Origin: Octopus sinensis
Taxonomy: Eukaryota
Direction: 5' to 3'
Length of the DNA stretch: 64,000 bases
Assembly (NCBI RefSeq): GCF_006345805.1
Contig: NC_042999.1
Location: forward strand, 39,556,001 to 39,620,000
Part shown: in pieces, positions 1 to 12,558 of the stretch
Layout of the letters: every line of letters begins with the position of its first letter
Position numbering within the stretch: position 1 is the stretch's first letter
Made by a program: the position numbers and the translations under genes
The notes under the pieces: model-generated
Told to the model about the DNA's origin: nothing
Seen by the model: the letters and a program-made list of their open reading frames with translations, nothing else
Database searches by the model: none

Positions 1-1533
1 AATGATTTGATGAAGGCTAGATATTCAGTTTTTTAAATATTTTCTATTGCCTCTAGACATAAGACATAATGTCATTTTGAAATCAAACCGTTTGCCTATT
101 TTGAAATGAAACCGTTTGCCTGCCTTGTATCATTGCCTGGTGTCTTTGATGGGTGACATTTACCATATATATGGATCGAATCATGCATGGTGAATGAAAT
201 TGTTGCAGCAAAGAAATTATGTAAAAGGTTATTTCACAGAGTGTTCCTACCTATCCTAGCTTGTCACATCCTAGGTAACGCACATTTTATTTGAGACCCA
301 CGACTGGGACACACGTGTGTGTCAAATGCTCTAAAATGTTTTCCTGATTCATTGACTGAATAAATGATGATATAATTTCAGAACAAATGAAAGACGCTGT
401 TAAGGACTCCAAAGAACGGTTATGCTATATCTTCTCTTTTAACACCACTGCGACTATAAGCTCTTCCGTAAACATATTCGTAGTGTAGATACCATATATG
501 TCTCTTTCAACACCACTATAAAACTGTCTGCTGTTCAAATTAACAAGATTTTCGTCAAATATATGCAAGCTTCTCCAAGATTACTCTCATTTTTCATAAT
601 GTAATTAATATTATTTGGATATACGCGTGATAATTAGTTCTAGATATACTTCATGTAACCTTAGAAACAGTTATTTTTTCTCGTATTTCTATATATATTG
701 TTAATAGGAATATAAAAACAATATTTAAATGTGCGTATCGTGTTAGAGATCCAATATACATAAACTGTAATAGATGATTGTAAAGTCTATAACTGCCTCA
801 TTATTTGTGCGTGTATGTAAGTGTGTGTGCGTATATATATATATGTATGTATCTGTGTATGTTTGCGAGTGTGTTTGTATCTGTGTGTTTATGTGTATGA
901 GCATATATGTACGTGTGTACATGCATATTGTTAATTGCAATATATGTGTTATATACATAAAAGAGCGTCGTAAAATTTATATTTTTGAAATATTAAACGA
1001 TTTACAAATTTAATTATTGTATTAATATACTTATCTGTGTTTTAATATATACATTTATGCTAGTCTTTTATAACATCTATTTATGACCCAAAATATATGT
1101 TACTAATTTACATTTAGACATGTACATATACATTAATATACTATTTATTTCAAATATGGACACATTCGGCGAAAAACATGAAACATTTGTCTGGAAGCAT
1201 ACGAGTTATATAGAATCAAACATAAAATGAAAGAACACTTTGCAATTAATCTTACATTCGTTCATTATCAAACAGAAAACATATTACATATTTACATATA
1301 CAGAAATAACCAAATCTAAGCGTATTTATTGCAGTATACATCCTCATCAGGTAACAGATTATTTATATATTGGTTCTAAATCCCATTTCAAAAATTAGCT
1401 TTATTGACCTCTATCAAACAATTAAATATCATAAATAATAGCGATGGTTGCCTTACAATAGTTTATTTTGTGTGAATTAAACAGCTTTGTTAGAAGAAAA
1501 TTCCTGCCTACCCTATATTGTACATAACATCTC

Positions 1534-1737
1534 AGCGTCGAGCTGGCAGAGACGTTGGCACGCCGGGAGAAATGCTTAGCAGTATATCGCCGTCTTTATG
1601 TTTTGAGTTCAAATTCCGCCGAGGTTGAGTTTGCCTTTCATCCTTTCGGGGTCAAAAATTAAGTACCAGTTACGCACTGAGGTCGGTTCTAATCGAGTGG
1701 CCCCTTCCCACAAAATTTCGGGCGTTGTGGCTAGAGT
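1534..1737 (+). mobile_element. SINE family A copy, interrupted in its tail by a family C SINE
   Basis: Matches the recurring gagctggcaga..gagttcaaattccgccgaggt..ctttcatcctttcggggtc..caaaatttcgg unit. Confidence 0.85.
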
Positions 1738-2068
1738 TGGGAGCCCCTTCAGTTACGACTTATCGTGGGATTACACCTAAAAAGTTACTCTCCCAGGCAC
1801 AAGACCGAGCAACGTTGTTTATGGAAGACCAGCAGTCGTCCATGCATACCGGCCTCCCCTCTCCACGCCACCAATGTTATCCAAGGGAAAAGCAACAGGA
1901 GATACAGCTTCGCACCTGTGACGCCGCAACTCGTCTCTACAGCTGAGTGAACTGCAGCAACGTGAAATAAAGTGTCTTGCTCAAGAACATAATATGCAAC
2001 CCGGTCCGGGAATCGGACTCACAACCTCACAATCGTAAGCTCGACGCTCTAACCACTGAGCCTTCACA
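1738..2068 (-). mobile_element. SINE family C copy with 12-bp TSD
   Basis: Reverse-complement homologue of 31650-31952. TSD tgtggctagagt at 1726-1737 and 2069-2080. Confidence 0.88.
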
Positions 2069-2400
2069 TGTGGCTAGAGTACAAAAAGTACATTGTACAT
2101 ACCATCCTGTAGATCCTACAAGATTTATATGTAATTACTCCAAGATCAGAAGAATTCAGCCAAGATCGTGAAGTGCTGTTTGGGATTGAATGTGATATAT
2201 TACAAAGGCTACCGTGTTGCAAACGATTAAATACTAGCAATATTCCTTCAACGTTTATATTATAACAGTTGTATTTAATATGATATCAGATAAAGATTAA
2301 TAACGTTTTATTTCAATTTTCTTTGATTAAATTGCAGTGGTGTAACAAAATATTTTGAATTTTCCTGAAATAACCGAAATTTGAATATTATATGTTAAGA

Positions 2401-2600
2401 AGGCTACTGGTTGGGAGAATCGCCGTGCAATATTCATAGCGGCTTTCTGCCCGTCTTTACATTCTGAGTTCAAATTCCGCCAAGGTCAACTTTGTCTTTC
2501 ATCCTTTCAAGACCGATAATATAAGTCCCAGATGAACGCAGGGGCTGACGTTATCGATTGAACCCCTGTCCTGAAATTGGTGACCTTCTGCCAAATTTTG
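2401..2600 (+). mobile_element. SINE family A copy (diverged)
   Basis: Shares tgagttcaaattccgccaaggtcaactttg..ttcatccttt. Confidence 0.75.
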
Positions 2601-3699
2601 AAACCAAAATTACGTGTTTGGGATTATTTTCAGTAGTTAAAAGCACATTCCTATGGTGTAATTCAGCGATACCAATTTATGCGTTTTCCATATTTGGTGT
2701 AATCTTTTATTCATTGGTAAATATGAGATTAATATGCATGTCAATCATTTCAGTCTTACACTACATCAGTGAAAATTCTTGTTGAGTCTTGATATAAATG
2801 TGTTTGTTTACGTGTGCATAAGATACCTTCCTATATGTCCATCTGCACTAATACAGTCATAGATACACGCCTATATGTATTTTCACTTATATTCTGAAAA
2901 TGAAATCGAAGTAGTTCAGTATTTACCTATATATGGAGCGGACGTTATTCCTATGGTGCCAGCTCCTTTGTATAACCCATAACGTATTACTACACTTGAT
3001 ACTCTGTGCTTCATTAGAAATTGAAAAAAATATTACTGACCTTATATATGGAAATCATTACTACACATTCCTTGAGAAATTATGTTTTATACAATTACAA
3101 TTTAGGATCATTAAATCTATGATATACATATGTCCTGGTACCCATTTTGTAATTGTTTATGTGTTCGCTTCACTTAGTCTTCTTCGTTATCTATTTATTA
3201 TTTCGTTCCACCCATCCGTACTTTGTTTATCCATTTATCAATCTCTAGCAACATAGATGCACACATATCAATATGTATATGATATTGTGTACAAATTTAT
3301 ATTTATGATTTGTGTGTCTGCGTAAGTTACATACCATATATCATCACAAAGATAGAATATATAATATACATGACATGTGTTCCAATCATAAACTTGAAAA
3401 TACGCATGTTTGATGTATATAAAAGAGGTAGGAAATTTGTTTTAGTAAAAGCTTGAAAATCTGTGTAGAATAGTAATTTTGTGTAGGCAAATTATATTTC
3501 TTAGACATACTTTAATGTGATATTCAAATATCTTGATAAATATAGACATTTGGTCTCTTCTATGCGCATATAATTCTCACATGTGTCTGAATGACTAAAC
3601 GGACACGTTGAAGATGCTAATTCAAGTTTCAAAAATACATATACTCATAATAAAGAAAATATTTTTCATGTTCAATCGGATATTCAGAAAATTGCAAGA

Positions 3700-4400
3700 G
3701 ATATAAGTTTTAAGTTCTTTATAAATTTTACACATGTTCTGCATTTGGGGATCAGTTTACTTTTACCAGATCTGACCAGTATGGTATACAACTCTTTCGC
3801 TGAGAGCTTGCAGGTACAAGTTGATATTGTATGATCGTCAGAAGGTAAGCTTCTTGTACCAGTACCCAACAATCAAGTCTCTTCCGTTTGCTTTTCTTCC
3901 AGATGTTTCTGAATTACTGTCACATTACAGTTAGTGCTGTATGTCTTGTGTGTATTACACGGACAATAACCACTTCCAATTTCCGGAGAGTCAGTCAGTT
4001 ATACTCTATCTCTTCACTCCAAATTTTCCTGCAGAAGGAACTTCTGTGACAGTTACTGCTTCTCCTCTCATGTCTCTGTATACTGTTGCCTGGTTGCAGT
4101 TACATCTTTCATTTATTGGTTTTAATTCGGTTATTGTCCTCTGATGTCAGAGTTTTTCACTAATAGCTTGAGAGTGATCCTTTTCCAAGTCAGTGTTCCT
4201 GATACTTCTGTCACCTTCTTCCTTTTTTGTTCGTGAAGCGTATAGTGATTTGTTTGTTTGCAAGCAATAAGCATAGTTACCTGGCTGATGTTCCTCCGTA
4301 AATTAGTTATCGTTTTGTCTTCAAAACCCATGGTCGTATGTTCTACTTTGTTTCCGTATCGTTTACATCCTGTGTGTCGTTCATATACTGCTTTGAAGTA
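3700..4400 (-). mobile_element. Decayed Dong/R4 LINE fragment (region upstream of and entering RT)
   Basis: Minus-strand translation gives TVYRDMRGEAVTVTEVPSA and KANGRDLIVGYWYKKLTF*, with stops and frameshifts. Confidence 0.7.
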
Positions 4401-6739
4401 GTAGACGATATATAGACAGGCGTTAATCTACCACAACATGGGTCCATTACACTGTTGTAAATAGGCTTCTCAAATTTCAACAACGACTTTTAATACCGTG
4501 CCTGTTGGTCTTTTACTTACCTTGGTAGTGAATACTTTTTTCGAGTGAAACTTCATGGTCAAGGTTATCTTTTCTTAAAAAAAATTATTAAGGGCATATT
4601 TCTCGATTTATAACGCTGACTACGACTACAAAGATTTTTGTGCCTGCTATTTACCATAATCGAATTAGAGGCACAATGATCCGTTTTTAACCTGTAAATG
4701 TAGTTTTGTTGGAAGGCAGTGTTGTATATGCTGGAATGTCGCTACTTGTGAAACCACGCGATGTTCTAGCATCGTTCACATTTCGTTTATAATATTTTGG
4801 AGACGGTTAATTTCAGATCAATTTTGAACATACTTTTTTCCTCTGTTCTATGTTGGAGTAAGTGATTCGCAGCAATATTATTTAATTTTGGGTGCGGATC
4901 TTCCTAGTATGCTTTCAATCTATTCATATAATCAACACTAGGGTTTTGTTTCGCTTTTTTATAACAGTTGAATATAAATATGTCATTATTCAGGGCATAA
5001 CTCCGAGAGAAATGTACTTTATTTTTACTCTTTCTTCCATAACAACAGCTAGAATGCATCTATTTACTTGTTGCGACACTGTTACTCAGTTGTGTTTTTG
5101 TTCACGACGTCGAGTTCAGCCGTGTTTTTTCTAGTAAATCTCTGCATGGTGAAGTTAAGTTTCAGTCGAAAACCACTACAATCATCATAAAAGGCTCCAT
5201 CAGTTAATTCATATGACAGTTATTTAAAAGGGCTGAAAATTCAGGCGTCAAAGCTGGAGATAGCATTCATCGTATTTTGTTAAATAATCACCCACGCCAA
5301 AAATGCAACTCATTGTTTCGAGTAAATGCAATGTAGTGTATGTATGTATGTATGGTATGTGCTTATGTATGTGCGTATGTATGTATGCCTGTATGTATTT
5401 ATGCATGTGTATGTATGTTTGTATGTATGTGTGCATGTATTTATTGATATACATATTCAATATAGGTTTTGTATGCTGTTTCTTTGTGAGTCTCACCTTA
5501 ACGGAGAGTGTTTCTTTTTTATTGGCCTAGCCTCTTTCAAAGTATCATTATTAAGAACTGTTTAGAAATATTATCAGCATTTATTCTAAAGTGATCCATG
5601 AAATTTGTAGTTTAGCTATTGCTCTAATCGATAAATTCAACTGAGATTACTAATGTACAAAATAATTCTATTTATTTCTGTGTAGTCAATAGAATTAATA
5701 ATTTATGCGTAGCAAATTTATAAATTGACAATATCTTCAATTTTAACATCATTTGGCAATCTTCTTCTGCTCAAAAATGTATGAAGGTATTGATATAAAC
5801 TTGTTCATCAAAAGCTAATTTATATTCAATGCTCTAGTTAATTAGATGATCTAAAGCACGTCATCAAATGTTTGTTGTAATAATAAACAAATAAACACGA
5901 ATGTTGTTTCTATTCATGCTATTTGGAGTGTTATATCTCTATAAAACAAAGTGTGCTCCTAAAAGGTTTCTGAGCCTTTATTTCTATCTTACTGTTTCGG
6001 CTCATGTTCGTTTGATGTAGCTTTTATGAAAAGTGAAGTTCTTGAACAGAAATTTTAAAAAATGATTGAAAAATATTTATTTCATTATTTTTTTCTAAAC
6101 TATTTTTCCTGATATTTTCCATCGTTGCATTTTCTATTAATTTCTTGATTTATTTTCATGTTTTGCTTTGAAATCCATGGTTTCCACACAGAAGCAGATG
6201 TAAGGCACTCTTTAATGTTGAACATTAACAAGTCTTTGATTTTTCTCTTAGATGCAAGTCTTCATTTTGGCGTTCACTTCAAAATGTTAATACAATTATT
6301 AAAAGTTGAACTAACTATATAAAATGTTAGGAATCTGTTTCTATTAGCAAAAATGAAATAAATTCTGTTTAATAGAATTTTATGGATTTCTCTATAGGAT
6401 AGGGTCACTTTAAGTTTTATATCGCGTACTGATATCTCCCAATAAATAGAAACCACCATTATATATTACGAAATTATATCAGCTGAAACAAATAATTCAA
6501 AGGATACTACATTATTAACTATCTCCGTGTGGGTGAAATACAAAAAGGAAGAAAAAATAAACATAATTATTTGACTATTACCACTTAGTAGCATAAATCC
6601 AAGAGAATTACTTAATATGGACGAAAACTGAACCAAAATGCATACAGAAACGACAGTGTATAAAAGTGTCATTTAAATAGTGAAGAGGTTTTGTCCTATA
6701 GTTAGAGAATCCACAGATATTATTTCTTTGAGATTTTCA

Positions 6740-6945
6740 GGCGCGAGTTAGCAGAATCGTTAGCACGCTATACAAAATGAGTTGCAGAGTTTAGTCAGGT
6801 TTTGAATTCTGAATTCAAATTCAACCGGAGTCGATTATGCCTTTCAATCTTTCGAGGGTGAGGCGATAAAATAAATACCAATTGAACACTGTAATCGAAT
6901 TACCCCCACCCACAAACCTGCTGACCTTGCGTCAAAATTAGAAGC
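6740..6945 (+). mobile_element. SINE family A copy
   Basis: ggcgcgagttagcagaatcgttagcacg head plus the family core. Confidence 0.75.
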
Positions 6946-7220
6946 AAATAATCTCATGGAGATTTATAGAAAACAACAGTCATCAGATACATTATTTTCC
7001 CAACTACTATTACTGGTGTGTTGTGATGTCAGTGGTCGGCTTGTTGAGCATATTAATGATATCGGATCCAAATTATTTAATTTGACTCAACGTTGTTATC
7101 AGTCAATCTGCTACCTATGTCTATCAATCGGTATATACCGAAACAGAGAGAGTGGGAGAGAGAAAGAGATAGAGAGACGGTTAGTATGAAGTACAGAAAC
7201 ACATACACTGACACCCACAC

Positions 7221-7253
<33 letters not shown>

Positions 7254-7331
7254 TACACACACACATATATATATATATATACGTATTATGTAAATTTATA
7301 TGAAATCATGCTTCAGGTTCACTATTTAGGG

Positions 7332-7548
7332 CAAGGCTTCTCAACCGGTGGTTCCCGATCCCCTGGAGGTGAGGTCGCGAACTCTAAGCTGGGGGATCGC
7401 GTAGCCTTCTTAGAAATAGCTTGGGATAATTTTAATTTAAACTCATCGACAACAGTTTTTATGCACTGCTGATAGTAGGCGGTCGCGTGGTTTTCAAGCT
7501 TTTCGGTAAAGGGTCGCGATTGCAAAAACTTGTTTAGGGAAATCTTTG
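7332..7548 (+). mobile_element. Probable non-autonomous hAT (Charlie-like) relic
   Basis: Begins caaggcttctcaacc and carries gggtcgcga subterminal motifs near both ends. The right TIR and the TSD are degenerate. Confidence 0.45.
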
Positions 7549-8398
7549 CTCTACTGTCTAAATCACCTGACGAGAATACATTATTAAGGACATTTAAAGA
7601 AAGAATAAAGGGTTGTTTCGTGCATTAAAATGGTCATTATGACGTGTGGAGAAGAAAAAGGTGATGGATCTATAAATAGGAGAAAGTTGGGGATAACCCA
7701 GCCCTAGAGAGCGCCGGAGTTGATTGAAGAAAGGACAGAAATCCCACTCTCAACATATGCGCTTCTGGTACGGTATGTTGAAAATCATCTGATACAGTTA
7801 AGGGGCGTGCAAACGTTTGATTGATTTGCATACCATATAGAGCCCAACAAAATTCTTGTTGTCCAACTTTTCTGAAAGAAAACAATGCAGGTGAGTGATA
7901 TATCACATGAAAACGCAGATCTTTGGTGAGTCTCTGTATAATTTATTCACATAAAAGTACACATTATATTTTTCAGTTCCATATCTGTTTTCAATTTGTA
8001 CATTTATATCCATTCGTAGATGATTTCAACAAGAGACGAATTTTGAGTTGCATTGTAGAGACCAAATGTCATATGGCATATTTGGAAGCCTCAGCAAAAT
8101 GGAGGATCAATTCGTTTATATCAACACTATTACATGCAATATGTGGGTAAATAAGAGATAAACAATAGCTGTTGTTTCTAACTTAACACATTTAATTTAG
8201 TTGCAGTATTAATGTTCTCAAATGGGACGCACTTTCATCAGCTGTTTACTATATTCGTCTCTATAAATATTACCTACCAAATTTCTAGTTTGCACGTGAC
8301 TTTAACTTCAATTTGCATAAAACATCATGCAATGTCTGGAATTTGTGTTTTATTCTTGTTCTATTTTCCTGGCTTAGGCAGATCTGGTACTGCATAAA

Positions 8399-9402
8399 TA
8401 CGAGTGTTAACTGGCAATTTCATAAGCTGCCTAACATAATCTCATGGAATGTGACCAAATTAGGTTTAATTTTCAACATAGTCCCTCTTGCAATCCAGTC
8501 ACTTCTATCGGTGTTGTAGTGTCATATCGAGTCCATTGATGAAGCTATCATCCTTTAGGTCAAAGAATCAACAGCAGATGTGAGGTTATCATCACTGCAA
8601 TACTGGCTCCCAGCTAAGTGCTGTTTCATGTTGGGAAACAAATGATAATCACATGGAGCCAAAACAGGAGAATAGGGAGAGCAATCAACCACTTCAAAGC
8701 CATTGTCCCATACAGCTGCCATTGAAACCAAGGATCTGTGTGCTGGAGCGTCGCCCTGATGAAAGAAAGCACCAGTTTCCTAGATGTTTGGTGTCGGTGT
8801 CCTTTTGTAACACGCCTCAGCAACTCGGTATAGTATTCTCCATTTATCATGTGGCCCTTTGGAATATAGTGAATGAATATTCAGCCTTTTTGCACCCTCC
8901 AAAAATGAGGCCATGATCTTCTCTGCAAATGAAAGCCTCTTTGACATTTTTGAAGCAGGTGAGGATGGGTATTTCTACTGCATGGGTTGTCTTTTTGTCT
9001 TAGGTTCAAAGTGATGAATCCCACACGCTCCTTTCAAGGAAATCAGTAAAGTCTGCTTCAAACAACGTATGATTTATTTTCCAGCGTATTTTCCTCATAT
9101 GATAGAAGACTTGGCACCAACTGAGCAGAATCCGTAGTCATGCCAAGTTCAAAATAATCTCAACTCTCTCTCGGGATAGCATTGGCTATTTCTTTTATAG
9201 TGGATCGTCTGACATCTATTAGCTTGTGTTGAAAACTATCAATGTGTTACTTGGTGGTGGTAGTTGCAGGACGTCCAGAATTTGAGTTGTATTCAAGACT
9301 CTCCCTTTTATTCCAGAATTCAGCTGTCCACATTTACACTGCTGATGAGCGTCAGCTTGTAAGGTATGAACCATCTGAATATGAATATGCTTAGGGGTTA
9401 AA
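8399..9402 (-). mobile_element. Decayed mariner transposon (transposase pseudogene)
   Basis: Broken frames give an HTH region (SGRPAT-like), IHHFEPKTKRQPMQ, KIMASF and MINGEYY, followed by frameshifted QDNAPAH-like and HPPYSPDLAP-like segments. The end at 8399 reads TACGAG. Confidence 0.85.
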
Positions 9403-9488
9403 CTGTAGTGTAGTGGTTAGGAGCGCGGGCTACTAATCCCAAGATTCCGAGTTCGATACCAGGCAGTGGCATGAATAATAATAATAAC

Positions 9489-9540
<52 letters not shown>
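9403..9540 (+). mobile_element. Short tRNA-derived SINE-like element (Pol III A/B box head + (AAT)n tail)
   Basis: A-box-like tagtgtagtgg and B-box-like gagttcgatacc, followed directly by (AAT)n. No complete cloverleaf, so not a tRNA gene. Confidence 0.65.
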
Positions 9541-9541
<1 letters not shown>

Positions 9542-10090
9542 GCTATGCTAACATTATGGAATAACAACAGAAAAAAGATGGTATAGGCACACGCCAGAAA
9601 AGGTCACAGAAAACGAGAAAGCAACCATACACTGGGATATGCCGATACACACAGATAGAGAAATTAAGGCCAACAGACCAGATATAGTTGTCAGAGATCA
9701 TGAAGAAAAAAAATGCTTTCTAATTGATGTATCAATACCGGCAGATGACAACGTGTCTTTAAAAGAAATGGAGAAACTTTCAAAATACAAAGTCCTGGAA
9801 ATAGAGGCAACCAGAATGTGGAATCTAAAAACAGAAACAATTCCTATCATAGTAGGTGCATTAGGCATGATAAAAAAATATTCAGACAAATACATAACAA
9901 AAACACCAGGACTTACAAACACATATAACATACAGAAAATTGCACTACTAGGCACTGCACACATCCTACGCAGAAGACCTTCAATGCAATAACCATCAGA
10001 GCATCACAACAAATCACAGCATATAACCAAGGCACACAGAGCTGCGCTCGGTAGTGAAGTGAAAGCACACTATAAAAATAAAACTACTGA
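9541..10090 (+). mobile_element. 5'-truncated Dong/R4-clade LINE (restriction-like endonuclease C-terminus + 3'UTR) in (AAT)n
   Basis: ORF 9639-9992 and the upstream frame give WYRHTPEKVTENEKATIHWDMPIHTDREIKANRPDIVV..FLIDVSIP..EKLSKY..IIVGALG, a PD-(D/E)xK RLE domain. (AAT)n lies on both sides (9474-9540 and 10090-10178). Confidence 0.9.
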
Positions 10091-12139
10091 ATAATAATAA
10101 TATCAATAATAATAATAATTATAATAATGATGATAATAATAATAATAATAATAATATAATAATAATAATAATAATAATAGCATCAAAATTACCTTAGGAA
10201 TGGGAACCCATGTTCGAAATCTCACCAAGGCTGGAGGGTATATGAGCCGAAAAGTTGTGTTAACAACAAACAGGATGATGAGAAATAACCGTCAATTGTA
10301 GATAATGTAAATACGGTATATAATTCCTCAGCTTTTAAAAATAGAAATATACTTCTGAAGTTTTCTTTGAACAGTTGGACGTCTATTTTCATGGAATAAA
10401 ACAATGCAAGTATTAATAAGAAATGTTGGGATTAACGTATTTGATATTTCAGAGTTCAAGCATCACTATTTCATAGTCAGTCTATGAATGTTTCAGCCCA
10501 ATCTGGTAAAACATTTAAGTACCTGGGACAATATCGTTTCCTCACAGGCGGGGGTGTTATATTTGAAATTGTCCCCATTCCGAAATTTCCTTGCCAAACC
10601 AAAAATAAAGAAAATAATAATAATAAATAAGAAAAAATAATAAAATACTATTCCATAGCTATGTAAAAACTGAGTCACCGTGTTGCTGAATATGAACATA
10701 ACATCTCTAAGCAATATGATGATGAATTTTAGAGCAGCTAAATGACATTTGTAACAAGACTGGGTATTGCATGATGGATTACTTTTTAAACAACCTGGGA
10801 GTAAAGAAAATACGTTGTTTAGCTGAGGTTGAGAAACGAAACTGATGCGTAATCTTTTCTCAGGTCAGGGAGACGATATACATGTGTTGCGTAAGTAAAC
10901 TAAATCCAATTTCGGAGCAGATTACATCTGGCGGAGGAACTCCCCGAACAGTTGTGAACTGGAGATGTGTTTCTACACTATGCCGACAGCATATATCCCT
11001 GGGATGCTTTTGGATGTTGCCTTCCTGGTAAACAACTCGATTCTTTTGAATATGAAGCCTCAGCAGTCGAAATGGATGAAAGATTTAAGAGAAATTATGT
11101 CAGAGCAATTTCGATTAAAGATACTCGTCCTAATTTAGATATTGTACAATTGGCTATAATGGTTTTTGTTTTTTGTAATAACGATTAATGATAAAATCAC
11201 TTTCATATGATAAACTTTCAATTAAATCGAAAGTGGCATCAACAGTTTGCGGAAATGCTCTCTTTCTCACCTCCTTCATAGTGTATGAAAATTTTCCTGT
11301 GTGCAACTTATACAAAATATGACTTAGCTTATCGAAATGTTCTCGGTTATTTTTGTATGATATAAGTTGCTTTATAACACATTTTCCATTAGTTTTTCTC
11401 TTTTCTGCATGAGAACTTATTTATCAGTTCAAGAATGATACATACCAGATCTAGAATGATATCATTATTGGTGTGCTAATTTACTTTCACATCTAGCAAT
11501 TAAATTGGATGTTTTACTTGCTGAGACTTTAATTTGTGGTATTTTTAGTCCTCCATCAATTATGAACTCTTTGTTTCTCTAAAGACAAGATCATTGTAAT
11601 TCGTGTGAAAGAGCTAACTGTAATGTATAACTAAGCAATATTCGCATTTGAATTTTAATTCAACCTTACTTAATTACGAGATGCGTAAATATAAATGGCA
11701 TGACATGGATTACACAATGACCTATTTTTTATTGTTCAATTTAACACAAAATTTTAGGAAACCAAACCTGAATAAAGTCACTTCAAACAGCAAACCTTTC
11801 TTTTGCAGTATATATTATTAACAATTCACTTTTATTACTTGTATTATCCATTGAATGGTTCTCTAGACTTTTCGGAATTAAGTCGTTGAAAACATCGATA
11901 CCGTTTCCAAAACGATTTTATATAATTTGAATGTATTTTTCATTTACTTGCACCGTAAATAATTATTTTCAAAACGATTTATGCACTTTTTTAAAGAACC
12001 GTAAATTATTTTTCTGAATTTGATTCTTCACTTTTTAGTTGAGTTTTAAATTCATGCATACATATCTATATGTGTGTGTGTATATGTGTATATAAATATA
12101 TATAGAAAGATAGATACATACGTCGGTAGATATGGATAT

Positions 12140-12558
12140 ATACTCTTTACTCTTTACTCTTTTACATGTTTCAATCATTTGACTGCGGCCATGCTGGAGC
12201 ACCGCCTTTAGTCGAGCAAATCGACCCCGGGACTTACTCTTTGTAAGCCCAGTACTTATTCTATCGGTCTCTTTTGCCGAACCGCTAGGTGACGGGGACG
12301 TAAACACACCAGCATCGGTTGTCAAGCAATGCTAGGAGGACAAACACAGACGCACAAACACATATACACACACACTTATATATATATATACATATATACG
12401 ATAGGCTTCTTTCAGTTTCCGTCTACCAAATCCACTCACAAGGCATTGGTCGTCTTGGGGCTATAGCAGAAGACACTTGCCCAAGGTGCCACGCAGTGGG
12501 ACTAAACCCGGAACCGTGTGGTTGGTTAGCAAGCTACTTACCACACAGCCACGCCCGC
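12140..12558 (-). mobile_element. SINE family B copy (about 420 bp with internal CA/TA microsatellite)
   Basis: Conserved halves shared with 14415-14866, 18970-19365, 47952-48270 and 51075-51523. Confidence 0.88.

Noticed and set aside
3841-3850. Donor-like aag|gtaagc
   Set aside because: It falls inside the antisense of the Dong relic.
9403-9472. Possible tRNA gene (the SINE heads at 30946 and 63390 were also considered)
   Set aside because: They have Pol III boxes but no complete cloverleaf, and they are attached to repeat tails or bodies. These are SINE heads.
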